The translations under genes and the position numbers were made by a program. Of a stretch of DNA of 32,000 nt, positions 27,469 through 32,000 are shown in pieces. Numbering within the stretch: the stretch's first letter is position 1; each line of letters starts with the position of its first letter. The notes beneath the pieces were generated by a model. That model was not told the DNA's origin. It saw only the letters and a list, made by a program, of their open reading frames with translations, and ran no database searches. The stretch is from NCBI RefSeq assembly GCF_000009965.1, contig NC_006624.1, positions 1,080,001 through 1,112,000 on the forward strand, given 5' to 3'. This DNA is from Thermococcus kodakarensis KOD1. Lineage in GTDB: Archaea; Methanobacteriota_B; Thermococci; Thermococcales; Thermococcaceae.

Positions 27469-28335
27469 TCAACCTGTGGAGATTAAGATAATGCCCGCAA
27501 CCGCAAGGGCAAGCCCCTCGAATATTCTCCTGTTGGGTTTCTCACCGAGGAGGAGCACAGCCAGAAGTGATGATATAATCGGGTTTATCGCCGAAACGGG
27601 CGCCGCTATCGGGGAACCAACGCTTGAGACGGAGTACACAAAGAGGTACTGGCCGAGAATAAGTCCGAGCACAGCGGCACCGCTTATCGTTAGAAATTCT
27701 CCGATGGTAATGCTCCTGATTTCTCCATAGTATTTCGGAAGAAGGATTGAGATGCCAATTGCCGCAAACATCATTCTAATGCCGGCGAGTTGGAGTACGG
27801 GGACATCGGAGCTCAGGTAGTCCAGCAGGGTTATTGCCACACTCCAGGATATCGGTGCCAACAGGGCGTATATAAAACCGAGTCCATCAACTTGCTCCTC
27901 TTCTTCTGCCCTTCTGACTATTATTATGGCAGTTACAACAAGCAGGGCCCCGATAACCACCTGGGGACTGACTTTTCTGTCCAAAAAGAGAACAGCCCAC
28001 AGTATTGCCCAGAGTGGGTATGTGGAGGTAATCGGTACAGTCCTCGACACTCCCATCCTTTTTAAGGCAGAGAAGTAGAAGTAATCGCCGATTACGAAAC
28101 CGAACTGGGCGGAGATGAACGCCACTAGAAGAAGCCTTGGGGAAAGTCTAAAAACCCCCATATTGTTTGTAGCGAGGAAAATTACCAGGAAGGTCAGTGC
28201 CGCAACGTAGAGCCGCAGAATATTCGCACTTATAGGAGACAGCCTTTTTAAGCCCATTCTCACAAGGATAGTCGCTGACGCCCATGAAAACGCCGAAACC
28301 AGTGCCGCAAGGATTCCAATTATCAATGAGTTCAT
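27469..28335 (-). CDS. EamA/DMT-family transporter
   Basis: ORF 27469..28344 with the ATG at 28335. About ten hydrophobic helices form two similar halves, typical of EamA duplications. Confidence 0.85.
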   Translation of the reverse strand: MNSLIIGILAALVSAFSWASATILVRMGLKRLSPISANILRLYVAALTFLVIFLATNNMGVFRLSPRLLLVAFISAQFGFVIGDYFYFSALKRMGVSRTVPITSTYPLWAILWAVLFLDRKVSPQVVIGALLVVTAIIIVRRAEEEEQVDGLGFIYALLAPISWSVAITLLDYLSSDVPVLQLAGIRMMFAAIGISILLPKYYGEIRSITIGEFLTISGAAVLGLILGQYLFVYSVSSVGSPIAAPVSAINPIISSLLAVLLLGEKPNRRIFEGLALAVAGIILISTG

Positions 28336-28402
28336 GGTGCTCACTTGAAGAGACGCCTTAAAAAATTATTGGCTTAGCGTTTAGATGTTCGTAGAAGAGA
28401 TG

Positions 28403-28410
28403 TTTTATTA
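28403..28410 (+). promoter_or_regulatory. TATA box (TTTTATTA) for the C/D box sRNA
   Basis: It is centred about 26 nt upstream of 28431-28433, a few nt before the C box. Confidence 0.5.
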
Positions 28411-28430
28411 GCCCCTCCCGAAGAGCAATT

Positions 28431-28492
28431 TGAAGTGATGAGCCAGGCTAGGCTGACCTTAGGGATGATGAGGATCTTGAGTGCTGAACAAA
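28431..28492 (+). ncRNA. C/D box sRNA (2'-O-methylation guide)
   Basis: The boxes read directly as follows. C box UGAUGA is at 28436-28441, followed by an 11-nt guide GCCAGGCUAGG. D' box CUGA is at 28453-28456. C' box UGAUGA is at 28466-28471, followed by a 12-nt guide GGAUCUUGAGUG. D box CUGA is at 28484-28487. The RNA is about 60 nt, lies in an intergenic gap and has its own TATA. Confidence 0.7.
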
Positions 28493-28503
28493 AAAGGAAT
28501 GAG

Positions 28504-30186
28504 TCAGCGGAGGATTATGTTGAGCTTCCTCAACCTGATTGAGACGCTGTACTCGCTGGACACCTCTTTGATAACCCTGTTTATGGTCTCTGCAACATCC
28601 TGCTTTATTTTTTCGTCCGAGATTCCCGAGTATGCACCGAAGAGACCTCCAACTTCTTCCTTTGCGAAGCTGGCCTCTATATCAACATACACAGTGGAAC
28701 CCTGAACCTCGTGGTTGAGCTTTAACCACTTAAAGGTAGCACGGGGCACAAGTTTCAGCTCCGCGTGAATTCTGGCTTTAAGGGTTTCAATCGCCGGCTC
28801 AATCCTGCTCTTAAGAAGCGTCTGTTCCGCTTCCTTTTTCTTTTCTTCGGTGAGGAACGCGAGCTCGTCTATTCCTGCCTCCTGGAGAAGCTTTTCCACT
28901 TCTTTCTCAAGGAGTTCTTTCTTTGCCAGGATTTCTGAGGCCTTCGCTGACGTTGGTTTCACGGAGGGCTTAGTAGGCACAACACCTTCAGGACGAATCA
29001 CCTCAACAGTGACGGTGTGAATTGAAATGTAGCGCTCTATGGCCTTAGAGAGCTCACGAGCATGGCGAGCCAGCACGGCTCTAACAGCTCTCTCTGCAGT
29101 GTCCTTATCGTATTCTCCCTTCACAGCAATGGAGAGGTTTATCTCAAACTCTCTTCTTCCTTTTATATCGAAGTACGCACTCTCCACCAGCATTCCCGAG
29201 GTTTCAATTTCCCTGATAACAGTCTTGGCAAAGTTACTGAAATACGGCCACATATCCTCGAGTACTGACAGCCGGATTTTCTTGCTCTTATCTATGTAGT
29301 CAGTTCTCTTTTTGTCCTTTTCAGTGATTTCCCTGGGTCTGGCTTCTTCACCGTCGAGAACTACTCTTATATCCTTGAGACGGGGTTTGTACTCAGAGAC
29401 CCTGAATATTATTGGGGCGTTCTTGCTCACTATGTGGAAAATCCTTCTCTCCGAAATCTCTATATCCCTGCGGTTTTTGCTTTCCGAGCTTCCGTATACG
29501 GTAACGTTGAGATCAACAACCCCTCCCTCTGCATTGCCGGTGAATTCAATCTTTTTTATTTTGATACCGCGGATTTTTTCAGAGTCCCTCTGTATGGCCT
29601 CAGCGTATTTCATAAAGGCCTCCTCGGGGATTTTCTCACCCCTGAGCTTTATGGAAATCTCAGGCCCAGTTGTTGTCTCCGCTTTCTTGGGTGCAATCTC
29701 TGGGAGTTTCTCAGCTTTCTTGGGGGCGGTCCGTTCCCTTTCAGGAGCGGCTGCCTTTGTAGGCTGAGGCTTTTCAACTATCCCAACTTTTGGCTCCTCA
29801 CTAATCTCTTCAAAGAGCTCGTTGATGGGCACTTTTGGGGTTTCTGAGTATGTCTCAAGGTTTTCCGCTATAGCAAGCTTTAGTTCAATTTCATCTAACG
29901 AATAAACATCAACGATCATTGGCTTGTCGAGGAGAGCCTTGAATAGCTCGACTGTCTTGTCACCGCTGTATCTCTCTTTTGTATCTACCACAATACCTTC
30001 AGCCGCAAGGACTTTACTGCTGTCAAGCAGGAGTGTTATGTAATATTTGTTACGGCTATCCTTAGAGAATATCTTCAAGAATACCCCACTTCCTTGAGAG
30101 AGGGCCTCTTGGATTAAATTACTCAGTTCCATTTTAGAGGTAACGACCGCGTTCTCTACCATGGGAGTCTTTGTTGGAAGCTCCAT
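28504..30186 (-). CDS. Large hypothetical protein: N-terminal globular domain, K/P/A/E-rich linker and three similar alpha/beta modules
   Basis: ORF 28504..30198. A TATATATA box abuts the first ATG, so the fifth-codon ATG (MELPTK, 30186) is a more likely leaderless start. The linker carries a repeated APKKAE. I recognise no family. Confidence 0.7.
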   Translation of the reverse strand: MELPTKTPMVENAVVTSKMELSNLIQEALSQGSGVFLKIFSKDSRNKYYITLLLDSSKVLAAEGIVVDTKERYSGDKTVELFKALLDKPMIVDVYSLDEIELKLAIAENLETYSETPKVPINELFEEISEEPKVGIVEKPQPTKAAAPERERTAPKKAEKLPEIAPKKAETTTGPEISIKLRGEKIPEEAFMKYAEAIQRDSEKIRGIKIKKIEFTGNAEGGVVDLNVTVYGSSESKNRRDIEISERRIFHIVSKNAPIIFRVSEYKPRLKDIRVVLDGEEARPREITEKDKKRTDYIDKSKKIRLSVLEDMWPYFSNFAKTVIREIETSGMLVESAYFDIKGRREFEINLSIAVKGEYDKDTAERAVRAVLARHARELSKAIERYISIHTVTVEVIRPEGVVPTKPSVKPTSAKASEILAKKELLEKEVEKLLQEAGIDELAFLTEEKKKEAEQTLLKSRIEPAIETLKARIHAELKLVPRATFKWLKLNHEVQGSTVYVDIEASFAKEEVGGLFGAYSGISDEKIKQDVAETINRVIKEVSSEYSVSIRLRKLNIILR

Positions 30187-30294
30187 GGGCACCACCATTA
30201 GCTATATATATTGCCTCGCCAACAGAACCAAATGGCAAATTCACTTCATAGTGTACCAGGGTAACTATTTAAACATTATTGTCCGACTAGGGTG

Positions 30295-31764
30295 ATGCTG
30301 ATGAGGATACTAATACTTGGAGGGGGCATCCTGGGGCGTCTGATAGCAGAGGCACTCCGCGGTGAATTTGAGGTTACTATCATAGAGAAAGACGAGCTAA
30401 GAGCTCAAACTCTGAGCGAAGGCGGGTTAAATGTAGTCCACGGAGACTTCTCATACACTGCCACACTACTGAAGGCAGGCATCGACAAAGCGGACCTGCT
30501 CGTAATAACTACGATGGATCTCGAAACCATCAAAAAAACTGTTTATGTCGTGAGAAGCAACAGCAAGAACATCCCAATCGTTACAGTTTTACCCGATGGC
30601 ACAACTATTGAGAGCATTAAAGAGGACTTAAAAGCCTCTTTCGAGGCCGATTTAAACATTGACTACGCAATAACCCCCATGGATGCCATTAGGGATGCCC
30701 TCCTGGCTGTCATACACCGCATTGGTGAAAAGAAGAACCTGAACCTTCTCCTCAAAAAGTTAAGGGAGCTTAGAGAGTCCGCCGATACACTGGGAATAAT
30801 AATGCACGACAACCCGGATCCAGATTCAATAGCGAGCGCCACGGCCCTGGCAGCTATTGCCCAGACTCTCGGGTTTAAAACAAAGATTTTCCACGGTGGT
30901 GAGATAACCCACCACGAAAACAGAGCTTTCATAAACCTACTTGGAATTGAACTCACCAAAGTTTCACGGGGATCGTATGAGATAAAGAGGATGCCTTTCC
31001 TTGCCCTCGTTGACTGCCAGCCAAACGGCAATCTGACCATTCTCGAAGAAGCTGACCTTGAGAGAATCAAGATAGTGATAGACCACCACCAGGTTCTCCA
31101 GCATTTGAGTGAGTTATTGCCCGAAGATGCGTTCACGGATATCCGTCCAGAAGTAAATTCGGCATCCTCTATCCTTGTAGAGTACCTCAGGGGCATGAAC
31201 TATCCTTTGACTCCGGCTTTAGCTACCGCCCTATTCTACGGAATATACGTGGACACAAAGAAGTTCTCCAAGCTCAGCCCGGTTGATTTAAAAGCTATCG
31301 AGTTCCTCGCAGGAAAGGTCGATTATGAGATTCTCGATAAAATAGAGCACCCCGACATAAGCACCGAAACAGCTGAAATACTCGCGAGGGCAATACTGAA
31401 CCGCAGGATGTACAAGAACGTCGTTATCAGCAACGTTGGCTTCATAAAGAACAGAGACGCCCTGGCAGAAGCGGCGGACTTCCTCCTTAGGCTGGAAGGG
31501 ATAACAACAGTTCTGGTCTTTGGCATAGTTGAGGACTACATAGAGATGTCGGCCAGGACTCGGGATGTCCGCGTTAACATAGGGAAAGTCATGAAAGAGG
31601 CATTTGGGGAAATCGGCAGCGGTGGCGGCCATGCCCGCGCAGGGGGCGCAAGAATTCCGCTCGGACTTTTCAAGCTGGCCAAAGACAAGAACTCCCTCCT
31701 TAGGCTCGCAGAGGAAGCTATAACGGAAAAATTCCTTGAGGCACTGAACATAAAGGAAGGCTAA
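30295..31764 (+). CDS. TrkA-N (Rossmann, NAD-binding type) domain fused to a DHH/DHHA1 phosphoesterase
   Basis: ORF 30292..31764. ILILGGGILGRLIAEAL is the GxGxxG motif. DHH motifs are HDNPDPDSIAS, LVDCQP and VIDHHQ, and the DHHA1 motif is GGGHARAGGA. A TATTTAAA box lies about 25 nt upstream, so the start is leaderless-like (ATG at 30295 or 30301). Confidence 0.8.
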   Translation: MLMRILILGGGILGRLIAEALRGEFEVTIIEKDELRAQTLSEGGLNVVHGDFSYTATLLKAGIDKADLLVITTMDLETIKKTVYVVRSNSKNIPIVTVLPDGTTIESIKEDLKASFEADLNIDYAITPMDAIRDALLAVIHRIGEKKNLNLLLKKLRELRESADTLGIIMHDNPDPDSIASATALAAIAQTLGFKTKIFHGGEITHHENRAFINLLGIELTKVSRGSYEIKRMPFLALVDCQPNGNLTILEEADLERIKIVIDHHQVLQHLSELLPEDAFTDIRPEVNSASSILVEYLRGMNYPLTPALATALFYGIYVDTKKFSKLSPVDLKAIEFLAGKVDYEILDKIEHPDISTETAEILARAILNRRMYKNVVISNVGFIKNRDALAEAADFLLRLEGITTVLVFGIVEDYIEMSARTRDVRVNIGKVMKEAFGEIGSGGGHARAGGARIPLGLFKLAKDKNSLLRLAEEAITEKFLEALNIKEG

Positions 31765-31806
31765 AGGAAGAGAGAACAACCCTTTTCATTTATTTGATTC
31801 CAAGGA

Positions 31807-32000
31807 TCACTCCTCTTTTGCCCTTACGAGTATTATATCCCCAATGGCAGTAACGCGGTCGTAGGGAACCCCAACTTTTTCACCAGGAAGCACAAGTGCC
31901 AGCACCCTGCCGCAGCCCTGGTCTATCTCTATTAGAACCTCATCAACGTAACCGACGTAGTTGCCCTTTGTATTATATATCTGCTTGCCGTATATTGCTG
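31807..32000 (-). CDS. PRC-barrel domain protein, C-terminal part (5' end outside window)
   Basis: My own translation gives ...AIYGKQIYNTKGNYVGYVDEVLIEIDQGCGRVLALVLPGEKVGVPYDRVTAIGDIILVRAKEE*. G.V.D..ID...G.V..LV is the PRC-barrel pattern. It is missing from the ORF track because it is truncated. Confidence 0.6.
   Translation of the reverse strand, partial: AIYGKQIYNTKGNYVGYVDEVLIEIDQGCGRVLALVLPGEKVGVPYDRVTAIGDIILVRAKEE

Noticed and set aside
28481-28705. A 74-aa plus-strand ORF starting inside the C/D sRNA
   Set aside because: Its start lies within the D-box region of the sRNA, and the rest is antisense to the 564-aa gene.

Overview
The window looks like a chromosomal segment from a hyperthermophilic euryarchaeon of the Thermococcales. 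From memory only, with no search run, gene order and protein lengths match Thermococcus kodakarensis-type genomes: a 635-aa LonB, a 477-aa RecJ-like GAN, and an rps15-GAN-pcc1-rps3ae operon. About 90% of the window is coding. Most genes are housekeeping: argS, aRF1, S15, S3Ae, GAN/RecJ, Pcc1, LonB, both subunits of AcnX-type phosphomevalonate dehydratase, an initiator tRNA-Met, an S2P protease, and Lrp, ArsR and HTH-CBS regulators. Small accessory pieces sit among them. There are three toxin-antitoxin-type modules: aRelB with a frameshifted aRelE, an intact VapBC, and a MazF-fold protein paired with an unusual 236-aa acidic partner. Other accessory pieces are two tandem 135-aa type-IV-pilin-like genes and an AT-rich free-standing HTH-LAGLIDADG gene between tRNA-iMet and rps15. 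There is also an orphan archaeal STAND-like ATPase whose 5' end carries two tandem palindromes. I also read two guide RNAs from intergenic DNA that a protein ORF track cannot show: a two-hairpin H/ACA sRNA at about 27.27-27.43 kb (minus strand) and a C/D box sRNA at about 28.43-28.49 kb (plus strand). The best candidates for undescribed biology are four. First, the MazF-like plus acidic partner pair next to the pilin-like genes (9.4-11.5 kb). Second, the JAMM protease with an internally duplicated 262-aa protein (23.2-24.4 kb). Third, the 564-aa multi-repeat orphan transcribed divergently from a TrkA-N/DHH fusion (28.5-31.8 kb). Fourth, BofA, S2P and SpoIIM homologues occurring together in an archaeon. 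I saw no CRISPR array, rRNA or transposase. All family assignments come from motif recognition by eye and need HMM or structure searches to confirm.
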